A stretch of 64,000 bases of DNA from Paragordius varius. Its lineage: Eukaryota > Animalia > Nematomorpha. The notes under the pieces are model-generated. The model made no database searches. It saw only the letters and a program-made list of their open reading frames with translations, and had not been told where the DNA came from. The position numbers and the translations under genes are program-made. The DNA is taken from positions 7,316,001 through 7,380,000 of the forward strand of contig OZ176056.1 in the NCBI GenBank assembly GCA_964247055.1, read 5' to 3'. Positions 12,040-26,749 of the stretch are shown piece by piece (position 1 is the stretch's first letter; every line of letters begins with the position of its first letter).

Positions 12040-13200
12040 GCGTAAAAATTAACAAAATAATTTTTTTCAAAGATAACTTATGACCAATAATTCATTTGCC
12101 GTAATTTTATTTGTTTACAACCTAGTTTTTAAAATTGAGAGAAAATCATAATCAGGCAATTGAATGAAAATTAAGGATAATATAATTAATTTTATAAAAG
12201 TTGAGATATTATGGTTTATTGTTATTTTAGGAGATATTTTCAATATAATAGCCTAAAAAATAGGTAGGGTTCAGTTCAAAAGATGACGTTTTTATATAAC
12301 ATACTTTATGAAAAAAATTTTAGGAATATATTAATAATTTTCTTTAATTATTTATTAGCTAAACTAACTAATAAAATCTTAACAATTATATTTTATTCAG
12401 TAAAAAAATCAAAATAAAACTAAAAAATATTGTATTTATTTTTTCATTTCTTTGTCATCTGGTTTATGACGAAAAAAAAAATTTGTCTTATTTTTTTTCA
12501 CATGAGCGCGATTATAAAGTATATAAATTAATACAATATAAAATTAACAAGTAGTGGAAAATCAAAAAAAAATCCGTACATATCCCAGTAAAATATTAAT
12601 TTGTATTAAAACAAACTTGTCACAGGGATTTGTAGGGATGGTTAATATTCCACTATTTTTAAATCATATTTTCCATAAATTTTATATACTTTATATTCCC
12701 ACTCATGTAAGATGTCAAAATAAAAAAGTATATATTTTTTATACACATAAAATGAAATAAAAAGAAAAAATAAAAGAACCATATTTTTTAGTTTTATTTT
12801 GTAATTTTTTTTACTGAATAAAATATAAATGTAAGATTTTAATACTAGTAAATAATTCAAAAAATTATTTTAATGTAGTTTCATAATTTTTTTGGCTTTT
12901 TAGTATGTAAATAAAACGCTGTCTTGTAAGCTGAGATTTTATACAAACCCTAACTATCATTTCATATTTGCATATTAATAATATCTAAAATAATAACCAT
13001 AATATTTCAACTTTTATCATTATTTTTTGAATTATCCTTAATTATCCTCAATTTACACACATTTTGCCCGATTTCGATTTTTATATTTCAATAACAAGGT
13101 AGTCAACAAAATTTTTGCGGCAAATATATATTCACTGGTCATAGGCTATCTTATGAAAAAAGAATTATGTTAAAAAAATTAACCCTCTTTTCACACAGTG
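12040..13200. repeat. Long-TIR non-autonomous Tc1/mariner-like element (~1.15 kb)
   Basis: Arms are imperfect reverse complements over several hundred bp; right end CACACAGTG followed by TATA; homologous to 29594-30740. Confidence 0.75.
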
Positions 13201-13702
13201 TATATATAAAGATATCTATATTGATTCTTTTTATTATAATCTTATATAGTTCTGCACGAGAGTATCATTTTTGATATATACACATACATATATATATATA
13301 TATATATCAAGATTTTGTATTATTGTTAATATTAAAATTAGATTTAAATTTTTTTAATATTATAAATTATTAAAAAACCGCCAGTTTTCAAGAAAAAAAT
13401 GATTCCTATATTAAAATATAAGTTATTTTGGGAACTTAAATTTTATAATGCACCTTAATCTAATTTATTTGAGTGATCTGCATTCAAATAAATTTTTTTT
13501 AATTAATAAACAGAAGAAATAATTTGAACTAAAATTTAATCAATAAAACTATTCAAAAATTAGGCCCATACGATTCCAATTTTTCGTAATTATTTAAACA
13601 AAAAATTTAAACGTTAATATTCTACAAAAGAATATTTTAATATATTTTAGCATTTAACTACACGAAAATATATATATAATCAGTATTTTATTAGCGGACA
13701 GA

Positions 13703-13859
13703 CAGTATGCATTTTAATGGTTGCTTCTTTTACACTATAGCTTGGCAATTTGTTACATAAGAAACAATTTTTTCCTTTCCTTTTTTTGATACATTTCTGT
13801 GTAGCAAATAATTGCCGAACTATAGTGAATGAAATAAGCAACCATCAAAATGCATACTG
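13703..13859. repeat. ~157-bp hairpin MITE
   Basis: cagtatgcattttaatggttgctt...ctatagcttggcaatt vs aattgccgaactatag...aagcaaccatcaaaatgcatactg. Confidence 0.8.
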
Positions 13860-13949
13860 TAATTCAAAAACTACAAATATTTTTTAATTTAATTGTTCAG
13901 ACAAAAGGCTTATTAATGCTAATAAATACAATACGCATTTTGTCCTTAT

Positions 13950-14459
13950 AATTGATACTTGGATACAACACATTCATTTCAGTCCTTCGATTCAAATTGG
14001 GGTAATTAAATACCCCAGGTCTGTTTAAATATAATTCAAAATATCTGGAATGAATTGACCATGCAAAAATTTGCACATTTATAAAATTAATGAACCGAAA
14101 TATATAAAACTAATTTTTAGGTAAAAACATGACATGTGTGCATTAGTTAAATTTAAAAATAAAATAAACCACTTTTTCTGTTTCTATCAATGTTAGATGT
14201 GATTTAAAATAGTTTTCATTTTTGCTTTCAAATCAAAAGGCGATATTTTGCAAAAATGTTGTAAAATAAAAATGGCGTCAAAGAAGTTTGATATGGAACT
14301 TTTTGTTCAAAACCAAATTTTATTTAGATATTTCGGCTTATTATATAATTTTATTAGGATAGAAATTTATGGGACCGTTTCTTTCAGTACTTTTTTATAA
14401 ATTTCAACTTAAATATAGTCTGGGATATCTGGATACCCCAATTTGAATCGAAGTGTTAA
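13950..14459. repeat. piggyBac-like MITE, copy 1 (others 22925-23509 and 31293-31796)
   Basis: Internal inverted repeat TTCGATTCAAATTGGGG / CCCCAATTTGAATCG; right end AAGTG-TTAA; internal sequence shared among the three copies. Confidence 0.65.
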
Positions 14460-16889
14460 TAAATTAATGCGTTCGTTCGACTATTATATATGTATTTTAT
14501 CGGTTTTTTAACTTTTACTTTTTTATATTGAATTAGGAGACCCTACAATCTTTACCTATGTAATTATTTTTTATTTTAATACATAATATGAAGCGTTATA
14601 TATAATGTATATAATTTCAAGTATAAAATAAAAATTATTGTTAAATCCATGAATGAATTATTATATAATTTTGAGTTTCATTTTCAATATCCCCTACCAT
14701 TGGATATATGGGATTAGTAATATTTTAAATAATGTATATGGGTGTTTTATAAAAATAAAAAAATCAAATTAATAATTAAAATTTTTTAAAAACTAAGATC
14801 CAATAAATGGGAGAATTCCATGGGACTAAAAACTGATTTATATTTATAGTATTAACCATTTAATTTCGGTACTTGTTGATATATTCCTTTCACATTAAAA
14901 TACTTTTAAAAAATGTTAAAGATTTTATGAAACAGTATCTCCTCTTATTGTTAAAAAGATCATAATTGGTTACAACACACAACACTAGACAACAAATTTT
15001 GACTTTTTTAAGTGCCATTCTTGTTAATTTAAAACTTATATAATTAAAGTACAAAAATAGTTTGAAAAAAATTGGTCCAACATTAACGAAGAATCTACAG
15101 AAAATGTTATTGATGATCCATATAATAAAACTGTATAAAAATGCTGTCGATCTTTATATTAAATATAAACTGCCCAAAATCGCTGCTGAAGGTTTGTTAT
15201 CTCTTTTTCACGAGAAATACGTCTTATCGAGCGGTCTTGTTATTCGACATAGAAATATACATTATATAATATCGATTTATTGTATATATTAATTAAAAAT
15301 TCATGTATACAAAAATAGAAGATACAAAACTTTAAGATTATAGAATAAAAATATATTGCCAAGAGCCAAAGAGTATGAAGAATTAAAAATATTAAACATT
15401 GAAAAGGGCTAATGTATGGTGTGTAGTGTGATAGATTGGAAAGCTCTGCAAATATCCCCCAAGCCCTATAATTTGTCAGATATGGCAAAGGTATACAATA
15501 ATGAGGTGATCGTAGAGCCTGGTAGTAAAGACCTGCAGAGAATATAACAGAGTTAACTTCAGCAAAATTCATGGAATTTGACATGCCAAAATAACCAATT
15601 GACAGAATAGAGTTAGACAAATTTGACGATTAAATCGGATAAGACAAATTTGATAAGTTCAGGTGGTCATATTGTACTTCATAAAAGTATGGTATGATAT
15701 CCATCATCGAGGTAATAAAAGTGGCTGCCCAACATCCATCTAAAATTCAAATAATACCGCATCCAATCTTTTTTAAAATGAATAATATTTACTAAATATA
15801 AATAACAAGATTTTTGTAAAAATCAACCCAAGACTTAAACCCTAATAAGACTATAATAATCCAAACTAACAAAATAAATATAGCCTAGCTGAAAGCCTAA
15901 GGTTTAAACGACAAAATACTTATTTTAGATTTTTTAAATATATGTTAACAATTAGCTTAAAAAAACACTAAGTTTTAACGTTTATACCCGTACTTTTTTT
16001 TCTCCCTGATATCTGAATGAAATTTATATTCAAAAGATAAAGTTTAAAACTCTTTATTAGGTTATACCAATTTTATAATATAACTTTTTATTATAAAGTT
16101 ATATTTGATTTTCTAACTATATTCTCTTGTTTTTGATAATTGAAAACCTCTAATAATCTTAAAATTCTGATTGAGGAGATCAAGAAATTTTTCAGTCGGT
16201 TTTAGAACACTAAATCTGTCAAAATTTAAAATTTTGAGTGGTGGTTCTAGGACTAGAATGACAAAAAAATTTGTTGTCTAGTGTGATTCAAGAAAAAGTA
16301 GAAAAATGTTTTTTTGAATCAAAAAATTAGATTTATTTTTATAAAATAAGTTTGGTTTTTATTCATTGCTGCTTTTTTCTTATTAATTGATTATATTAAA
16401 AAAATTATAATAAAAACCTTTTGATATAAATGACTGATATAGACCCGTTTAAATTAACATATTTACAGTGCTAAAACAGTTGGTTTTATTAAATCTTATT
16501 GGAACTGACATGATTTCTATCTATAAATAATGTAAAATACTACATTCTTAATTATCTTCATAATATATATTTGTTATTTTTTGAATACGTTTAGAAGAAT
16601 ATGGTATAAATTTCTTTATATATACATATACTTATTTTAATTGATCATTTATTTTTTAACATTTATATATTTTATCATAGGAATTATTGAGAGAGGCAGT
16701 AAGTGCACAGTTTTTTTATATTTAATTTTTCTCATGTAAATTTTTAAGATTTATTAACATATGAAATTATTAGATGTGATTTAATTATATTTATTGCAAA
16801 AAAATTATTCAAATATTGCTATGGCAACGTTCTTATGATATACCTCAAAATATGAGCTCAATAGACAAATAATTCTATAACTTACAAGT

Positions 16890-17985
16890 ATACGGGGTGG
16901 GGTCCTAGTATAACTCTAGACTGATTTTTGGCAAAAACTAACGCATAATTTCCAATGAATTATTTATAGTCCATCGGGTTCATACGTTTTGCCCATGTTA
17001 TTATATGAATGCCATGCCAGAAAAATGACTTTTGTAAACCATTAGGCCATTTTTAAGATTGTCACTCTATGCCCATTTGCCTAATCGATGCAAAGAGAAA
17101 TAGTTAGATAAAATGAGTCAGGAGAGTTTAGAGGATCCCCAAGAACTTTACATTTAAAAGATGTTTATGTGGCTACTGGTTTTGCTATTGAGACGAATCA
17201 TTGTATATGTATAGCCAAACATATGTCATCTCGTCCATTCCGGTTTATAGATTAATCAAAGGTTTCAATCTATGTTGTTTGCGATAGCGGTGTGCATCAA
17301 CGGTTTTCCCGGGAAAATCATAATACACAATCACAGCATGGTTTTCTTACCGAAGCTATTTGGCTTTGGTATTGATAGACCGGTATGGCAAGGTGAGAGC
17401 CACGATTTTTTCCGCCTTGGATTTAGCAAAAAAACCATTTCTTATTACCAGTCTTAATTCGATGAAAAATTGTGTTGAAGCAAGATTTGAATCACTTTGC
17501 GATTTTTGATTTGATGTTTATTCAAGTTGTATGGGGGACCCATTTAGCGAGTTTATTTAATTTCCTCATTTAAAGATGTGTCCTGCTTGTGTTATGTCAT
17601 ATTAATGTTTCCCAAAACTGCCGTTGTTGAGTTATCATACTGTAACTCTTGTACTTTCTCATTTCTTTGTAGTTATTTGGCTACCAAAGTACCACGCTTC
17701 ACGGAGAAAATCACTTCTAAAATTTCTTTAAAATCATTCGTGTTTAAATCCATGGAATATATTTTCGCATTTACCTACAAACCTTGACTCTTACCATTCT
17801 GATGGAATAAGAAAGCGACTTACCACAAAATGGTAAAAATAAGAGGATACTTTTTTATTTTTGAACTTGTGTGTGTTTGGTTTGTCGTTTAATATCGGAA
17901 AAATAAAATGGTGTGTCAATCGTCCGCATACATATGCTAGATAAATAGTTGTATATCGTTTATTGGACCTGCCCTGGATCGATTT
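16890..17985 (-). mobile_element. Degraded mariner transposase element
   Basis: Minus-strand remnants of WVPH (tggtccccca), RIxTGxxKWF, KTMLxxxxDF and a YSPD-like segment, in mariner order; possible degenerate TIRs tacggggtggggtcc (16890) and ggacctgccctgga (~17965-17978). Confidence 0.75.
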
Positions 17986-18271
17986 TTAATAATAATAATA
18001 ATAAAAGAATTTTTAAATTGTTATAGTTATGAACAGAGAGTATATCATTGTATAGGATTATGTTTTTCCATTAATTTTTATGATAAGAAATAATTTTGCT
18101 TAAACTCAGCCAAGTGGCTTGGAATTTATTACAGTTAACTTTTGACACGTTATGCTAAATACCTATTCAATATCAAAAACAATCGTAAAAATAATTATTT
18201 CCAAAACTTATCAAATTGCAATCTAAATAACAATACAATGGACAATAGGACTTGGCAGAAAATATTCTGAA

Positions 18272-18302
<31 letters not shown>

Positions 18303-18470
18303 AAGATAAATTTATTGTAAATTTTAGTTTTGAGGCTTACGAATGATATAAGAGAGTTATTTGCACTTTTATGTTACTTCCTTATTTCGTAGAATCCCAA
18401 ATTTGCATTATGCAAATATTTAGCATAAGCTAATTGCCTCATAGCAAAGAATATCATCTATATAATTCTA

Positions 18471-19101
18471 CTAGCATAAATCTCGTGCTGCTACGCAGCC
18501 CGAGGAAGTCCTTCGGACTTCTAGAGGGGGGGGTTTCGAAGTTTGGATTTGAATGGGTCTACTGGTTTTCCGGAAACAGATCACAAAATTACATGAGAAA
18601 TCAGTTTTTAGCGGGTAGCTCCTTACCCAGCAGCTAACGCCTGACTAAAATTGCCTTTTAACAGGGAATACGTGGAGTCTATATTGAATTTTTACGGTCT
18701 CATACCTAGGGCGAAAAATAGATTTAAAAAATTGACTTTGTTTTTTGAAAAAAATGGCATTTTACGGGGGTAGCGGGTAAAAAGAGGACCTAAATCAAAA
18801 AAGTGACTCGACTATGTTCGGCGCAATCGAAAATAAGTAAACAAAAATCATATTTGAAATTGAATGGTCCAACACGTTCTTTAGAAAATTGTCTCAAAGA
18901 CACGATTTTTGTGGATTTATGTTTTCAAAAAAACCCGTTTTTCACACGGGGTGGGTCCGAACTGGGGGCCTATTTCAAAGAAAGGGCGAGGCTATTGTTG
19001 AAAAATTCATTAATGATTATATTTTTTCGAAGTTTGGATTTGAATGGGTCTACCGTTTTTCCTGTACCAGATCACAAAGCCAGCATTTTCCATTTTATAG
19101 A
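18471..19101 (-). mobile_element. Non-autonomous Helitron (~630 bp)
   Basis: Minus strand begins A|TCTATAAAA and ends GCTGC-GTA-GCAGC hairpin, 12 nt, CTAG|T. These are the canonical TC...hairpin-CTRR termini with an AT target. Closely similar to 53151-53808. Confidence 0.85.
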
Positions 19102-21898
19102 TATTTAAAAAAACATAACAATAATTTATAAAATTTTATTTTTTTGAGATAAACTCCGAGGTTAAATTCCTCTACCCCTCTAAAATGCCATATTTATGCC
19201 ACGATTCGTGATAAGAATTTATAATATATGCTAGATATGATAAAAAAAATTTTGGAAAAATGCATACTTAGTAAAAAAAAGTTTATAACAAAATGTTGAT
19301 GGTCTCTATTTTATGTAAGTAAAAACGGTATAAAAACACTTTATCATATTATATTACACTTTTTACATATTTCATGGATGTAAAAAATTCCATCCCCTTA
19401 GATTTTAATCAAATATTTCTCGTCTTCAAATTTAAGCTTAATTACTTAAATGTGAATTGAAAAATGAGGTGGTAAGATATAAATCTAATTATAAAAAAGT
19501 GTTTAAGTTTTAAATTGTTTTTAATTGTTTTTATAATTTAAAATAGTGTAAAATACGGTTTATCGAAATTTCACTAACTTATATATTTTTAACAATATTT
19601 TATTGATAAAATCTAGTAAAAATCATTGCGACTCGGCATTTTTGCGACTATTAAAATGGGCAAAAATTGGTTTTTAAAGCCCACAAAAAAACAAAATAAT
19701 TTTAAATTATCTTCTGCCTTTTCATATAGTATGAAATGTATATTTATAATTTTTCGGTTGGGGCATTTGCTTTACAAAAAAATTTTTTAATTATAATGTG
19801 CGGAAATTTCTCTATTTTCGATATTCAGAAATTACCACAAAACTGGAAAATGACTTTTAAGCCTCAAAACCAAAAACACCATGACTATCGGGGATTGATG
19901 CGTTATAAAATATTTTATCAATATTTTTTTATGTGCACTGTATAATAATTTATTTACTAATGAGTAATGCTAGAAAGTTATAAATTATTGCCAAATACAT
20001 ATAGCAAAGGGCAGTATTATTGGCTTATAGTTGTTTTTTTCACTTTTAATTATTAATGATAACACTAGACATCAAATTTTAACTTTTTTTAACTGCCATT
20101 CTTGTAAATAATTTATTTCATTAAAGTACATAATTAGTATATCTGAAAAGAAAATTGGTCTAGCATTCAATTTTTTTTATATTAAAGTTTATCGATAATT
20201 TTTGGTCCCGATTTAACATTAAACTCGAAATTTCGAAAATTTAAAGTTTTAGATATGAAGCCATGTATTTTATATCATTCGTAAGAGCGCAAAAAACTGC
20301 ATCTTTTAAATGGTAGTAAGTCATTTAAATCAATCGGATGTAAAAGTTTTTTGGTCGAAATTTTCTATCCTTAAATAAGTCAAGAATTTTCACAGACAAA
20401 CTAATTTAAAAATTATATAGATTATTTTAATATAATTATTAGGGTTATATTAGTATTTAATTTAAAAAAATGCTTGAAAAAGCTTTTGGTTTTCTTTTTT
20501 AATAAAAATTATTAATATCATAAATATTTTACCTAGTGGATACTAAAATGCATAGTTATAACTGTAAATTTATTACATAATGGCTATAAAAGATCAAAAA
20601 TACCTTAAACTTTGTTTTTATCTTTAAAATTTCGAAATTATCAGCCTCGTAAAAAAAATAAATTAATATTGATAAGATGGTAATTTTTTAAAAAACAAAA
20701 AACTAAATGGCTGTTTTGAGTGACATAAAAGCAATAAAAATGTTTTAATCAAAAAAATTTTCTTGTGTTATTTTTGGACATTCATCACCATCAAAACAAA
20801 GTTTGAGCTATTTTCATCCATTAGTTTTAAAAGTATAATAATTAAAAAAAATGCTCTCGCTTCGCGCGTTTGTGCTCTTTGTGTCCAATATTAATTGTCG
20901 ATGTAATATTAGTATGCTCTTATAAAGTTTTTATTACTCTTTCGAATGATATATTACAAATGGGCTTTACTTGTATATTTTCAAAGAAAAACATTTTTTG
21001 TAAAATTTTGATAAAGAGGGCGCATAATCAAAAAATCAAATTATACAAAATTCTTCCATCGAGTTATAATTTTTATTTCAGATTTACTGTTAAAGTGATA
21101 CTAAATAAATGCAAAAAACTCGAGCGGCAGAAATTTGTTGTCCAGTGTAATTCTCTATGCTGCATATGCTATTTGGCAACAATTAATAACTTTCTAGCTA
21201 TATATATTTACTCATACTGTAAAAACTTGTTTTATACATACTTATATTTTATTGTTTTTAAGCATGCATGCGATAGGTAAAATTTTATCTCAAAATTTAT
21301 CAATTAATCACCAAATGTGTTAAAATTTCCTCAATGGTACTAGGAGGGAACCTTTTTTTATAATAAATATATACCGATCATGGGCACTTAAAACTACCTT
21401 TTCACACTTTCAGTTTGGTATAAAAAACATTAATAGTTCTTATTTTCAAATAATAATAATAACATGTTTCTACATATTTTAAAAATTTTAAGTATTATTT
21501 TATCCATTCATATTTACAAAAACTTTAATTACATATGTGTACGAAACACCGAATCAGGGGCTTGAAAAAATCTCTTGTAAATAATATAAAATACATTCAT
21601 TGTCATGCCCTTAATTTAAGCTATTTGTGGTAATATTAAATCGAAAACTCGTAAAATTATTCATATAATATTTTTTGGTTAATTAAAAGTTCAACCCAAT
21701 AATATCATTATTCTATAAACCATAAAATAGCAAAATGGTATTATAAGGATATGATTGATATATAAGTTTAAAAATAACTTATTTATTTATAAACTCAATT
21801 ATTTCTGATCAACCCCACCTAGAAGGGTATCTAAGTAAAAAAAAATTGATGACTTTAATTTATTATCGCTTCCCAATCGATTCTTAATTAAAACTATT

Positions 21899-22221
21899 AT
21901 ATACCATTTACAATTCAAATTAACCTTAATTCAATTTCACCCTAATACACTTCGTAATCACCAAAAATAAAATGTGTTTTCGGGCCGATATAAATCATTC
22001 ATATGAAATATATCATTATGGCATAATTTATTATTTTTTCAGTATTATATTAATTTTAACATAATTTTATTTTTTAAAATATTTAATAAAATAAAAGTAA
22101 TTATTAATCCTTAAAATACACAATTTATTTTAGGGTAAATTTTAATTGTTGGAGGGTAAATTTAAAATTGTTCAAGGGGGTTTTTAAATTGTTCAAGGGA
22201 ATTTGAATGCAAATGGTATAT
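21899..22221. repeat. Foldback-like MITE with long TIRs built from short direct repeats
   Basis: Termini ATACCATTTACA...AAATGGTATA; homologous to 48185-48522. Confidence 0.7.
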
Positions 22222-22924
22222 TTAATGTGTGGTGCTTTATAATTTTTTTACTATTTTCAAATATTTCGTTTTAATCCAAACACTTTTAGTCATTTTTTAC
22301 GTGAATCACGTCTAAATTATCTTAATTTTTACTAAAATTATGATTTTATCAATGACAAATAGAAATATGTTAAAATCTATATTAAATACAGACGACATAA
22401 TTATCAACTCATATTCCTCGGAATTAAAAACCATGGTACTTACATAAATATATTCTTCTAATGAACAAAATTTAAGTATTGTGAAAGTTGCGTCAGCTAA
22501 TTTTTTGACAAAAATACTAAAAGAGAGAGAGAGCAAAATAAGCCAATCGTAAAATATATATGGTTTGGTTGCTAATATAATAAAATATATTTTCAGTTAA
22601 TAAACCTTGCATAAAAATCTTTTAATTACAACACATATATTATAATAATTGATTATTCTTACGAACCACTTTCTGAAAACAACATTTTTTTAAAACTATC
22701 TTTAAATTTAAAGTTGTACGATTATTTATAATGTTGCATTTATTACAAATCTATTACTATCACTCATTATTAAATTTGTGAAAATGTATATAATTTAGCA
22801 TATTTTTAAAACAGTTAAAATACCAAAATCGATAAAAAAATTTATATAACTTATTGCTACTCACTTAAACTTCACTTTAATTAAACATATGATATAGTTT
22901 AAATGGTAGCACACAACATCCCAT

Positions 22925-23509
22925 TTAACACTTGGATACAACACACTCTTTTTAGTCCTTCGATTCAAATTGGGGTAGTTGGATACCCCAGGCCTGTTTA
23001 AAATCAAATACTTTAAAAAGTATGGAAGGAATCGAAACCATGGCAAAATTTTGCACTTATATAACATCAATAAACCGAAATATATAAAAAACTTTATTCA
23101 AAAATACTTGATATTACTTATTTTAAGCTGAAACCGAAAGGTAAAAATTTCGTCAATGTGACATGTGTGAAATTATAAAATCAAAAAATAATACAAGATA
23201 AACCGCTCTTTCTAATTCTATCAATTTTAGATGTAATTTAAATGATAAATTAGCTTTAATTTTACTATTAAAATAAAGACGATATTTTGCAAAAATTTTG
23301 TAAAATAAAAATGGCGTCGAAGTAGTTTGACACGGAACTTTTTCTTCAAAACAAAATTTTAATAAGATATTTTGGAATATTTATATAATTTTTATTAGGA
23401 TAGAAGCATTAATTCAAATTTGGACCGGTTCCTTCAGTAGTTATTTAAAAATCCAAACTCAAATTTAGTCTGGGGTATTTAGATACCCCAATTTGAATCG
23501 AAGTCTTAA
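22925..23509. repeat. piggyBac-like MITE, copy 2
   Basis: Left TTAA-CACTT, ~25-bp spacer, TTCGATTCAAATTGGGG; right CCCCAATTTGAATCG-AAGTC-TTAA. Asymmetric terminal/internal repeat spacing and TTAA flanks as in piggyBac. Confidence 0.7.
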
Positions 23510-24518
23510 ACTAAACGAGAAAACCAAATTTTAAAAATATTTTTTAGAGAGAGATTTCGTACACCTGTTCTTATAATCAATAATAATTTAACGTTTTATT
23601 TGAAAGGCACCCATTATTTGTATAGCTTTCTTCTCTAAATTAAATTTTAATATATAGTTGTTGGAACCTCAAAAGGTATTTTTTTAATGATTTTTAATAT
23701 ATTTAGCATTATTATCATAATGTGTATAATGACAATTCTATTATTTAATATATAAAATATTTCAGCCTCATTTCAGCCTCCTTAATATTGAATTCGATAT
23801 TTACTTTATAGCATAACTTTAACTTGGTGGTGGGTCATGTTAAACAATCTCTTTGGCCAGAGAATTTTAAATACGCTTCCTTAACCAAATGGCGATTCTT
23901 GCTTCAATATTAGCCACCTAAACTTGTCATATAATTGTTAAATATCAGCTTAATATGTTCATTCCAATTTCATTTTAATCTTATAAAGAAAGATAATATA
24001 ATATATATAGATTAACTTTATTCTTCCTTTTGTAATTACTAGCACTTTACTGGTACTACAATACCTCTCTAAGATTTTATGATATTTGTGAATTATCAAT
24101 TACTCCTGTTATAAAAAATATATCATATATTTTAATGCAATTTATTATATCAAAATAATTTATATAATTTATTCCGATACGCGCACTCAATAGTAAGTAC
24201 AAATGAAAAATATGACTAAAATACCATTTTATAATTTTTTAAGCGTCGCGTCGGCAAGTCTCCTTTGATTCCTTCCATTATATTTATAATTCTGTTTTGC
24301 AGTTTAACCTTATATTCAATTAATTACATATTCATTTGTTTATCGTATGATAAAATAACCAATGGTTATACCCTGCAGACTATGGTTTGTAATCACCGTT
24401 ACTGAGATAATTAACTTTTCTGGCAAAAACCCAAACTGGTTATTTTTTAAGTTAACATTTTTTCACATCCTAAGTTAATCTCTTCTGTGCGACCTAACTA
24501 AACCGCCTTATATTTATA

Positions 24519-24557
<39 letters not shown>

Positions 24558-26749
24558 TGTCTCTTAAAACACATTAATATTTTTCTTTCATTTCTTTGGA
24601 CAAAAAGTGCTATTAAGCTAAGTCTCAATAATTTTGTTCATGTTTCTAACCCATTCGCAATTTATATTGCTCTCTTTCCATTTCAACACATACCTTTAGG
24701 TGGTATTTGTTGCTGTTATCCTCACATTCTTAGGTTAAAACTTTTTTAATTTTTCTCTAATCTTATTCTTTAATTACGGTGCCTTTACGGTTTATATTTA
24801 AAAAATATAAACAAAAGAATATATTTTTAGCGTTTATAATCTAAAATTATGGTAACATTTAATTGACATAACTTTTTCGCTTAAGTACCTAATAAAACTT
24901 TATTTCGTATTCAAAATAATGACAATAGCCAACCATTTATACCTATTATTATTATTATTATCGTTTCAATTATTTAAAATTTATATTTTTTGTATGTCTA
25001 GAAAAAAACTACACAGGTACCTTTTATCTATTTATTTATGATATTTTCTATTTTCTATAATATGTTTTAAGGAATTTTTATACCATGTTTTATTAAATAT
25101 GAAATCTTAATCCAAGTTTGTATGGTTACAACATTTTATCTAACTATAAAAATGGATGTTAAGGTTTTATCCGTTTAATGTCTTCATATATATATCGTAG
25201 TATATTTTCATGGTGCTTTTATTTGGAACTTTGAGGTCATTTAATAAAATATCTTTTGTGTTGCTCCATCCATATCACAAATTATTAATCAAAATATCTA
25301 TGGAAGTCAAGTCCTTTAATTAAAAACCATGTGTAAGAAACCAAATAGATTATTATAATTTTAACTTTTTGATGTGGGCCGCCAAAATCTAAAATCTTTT
25401 CCATGGGCAGGTTTGTTAAAAAAAAACAAAATAGGTGATGGTATATTAAAATCAGTTGGAAACGGTGTTCAAACAGTAATTGATTATACTAAACACAATT
25501 TACCTTTTTTAAGAATCCGAGCATCCTTAAATTTTAAATTTAAATTGTTTTCGTATCGTAAAAATAATTACTTTCACATGTAAAATACATATCCTAATTA
25601 ATTGAACTGATAAAAATATCTCATTAAACTCTATATCCATTTAATATTTTAATGTATTCTTATACCGTTTTCATTATACTTACAAATAATAACAATGCGC
25701 TCCAATAAATTGCTGAAATGCATTTTTTTACAAAAACATTTTATGATATCCTAATCTATAAAAAATTTATCACGAAATTTTTGCATTTTTCGTTCCAACT
25801 TAAGAGGGGCCCAAAAGACTTTTGGTGCCTATATTATCTTTTAATTTTCATTGCTTTTTAATGCAATTTATAATAATATGGAATCTTTTTAAATGTAGCA
25901 TCCAATTCCAAAATATTTAGCACATTCGATATTTTGATATATGTAGCAATTAAATAGTTTTTTCTTAAATGACTTTTAAAGCCCTAACTAATACACCATG
26001 AAAATCCTATTACATCTATCTATCTATCAGATTATATAATTATGATATTTTTTAGTGCATTGTTATACTATATATATATATATATATATATAATAAGGGC
26101 ATCTTTTATATTTTGAGAGTTTAAGTAGTCTTAGGTAGGCCTTATAAAAGAAATAAATGCAAACCAAATACACAGAGTTGTTCCATATGTTTTATTTCTT
26201 CTCTTTAAACTACGACACAACAAGTCTTAGTTTTAACTGAGGAATTTAAAATTTATTTTTGGAAAGGCGCTCTTGAAGTTTTGAGCGTAGGAATCCTCGT
26301 TTTTATGAGCGATAAAAACAATAAAATTAGAAATTCTCTATTATAGGTCTTATTCGCCGCCTATTTATAGTATGTTGCCACCGGAGATATATGTATTCTA
26401 AAATTTAATTGGATTAATATGCAATGGAATATAATACATAAAAAAAGTATTATGTGAATTAGCCTTGAGCCAGTCATTTCGGGTAATAAACCGGTTTCAA
26501 AAATGGTTGTAGACTTGAAAGATTGGTATGAGTAAATAATTTTTATGGAATAAAAAGCCCTTACTTGGGAGAAAAATATCGTGCCCATAGTATATTTTAA
26601 GCTGACTCATCCATACCGGCAAACTTGAGTTCCTCAACTGCTCACGACATAAATCCATAATATAAAATGTGTATATCGATATAAAAAGACCGATTGCAAT
26701 ATGCGCTCTAGGTGACAAATAAAATATGACTTCTCAATAGACTAGATTT

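Noticed and set aside
22375-22500. TDDIII..S.EL..M fragment on the plus strand resembling LINE RT
   Set aside because: Too short and degenerate to support; the 22312-22536 minus ORF is probably incidental.
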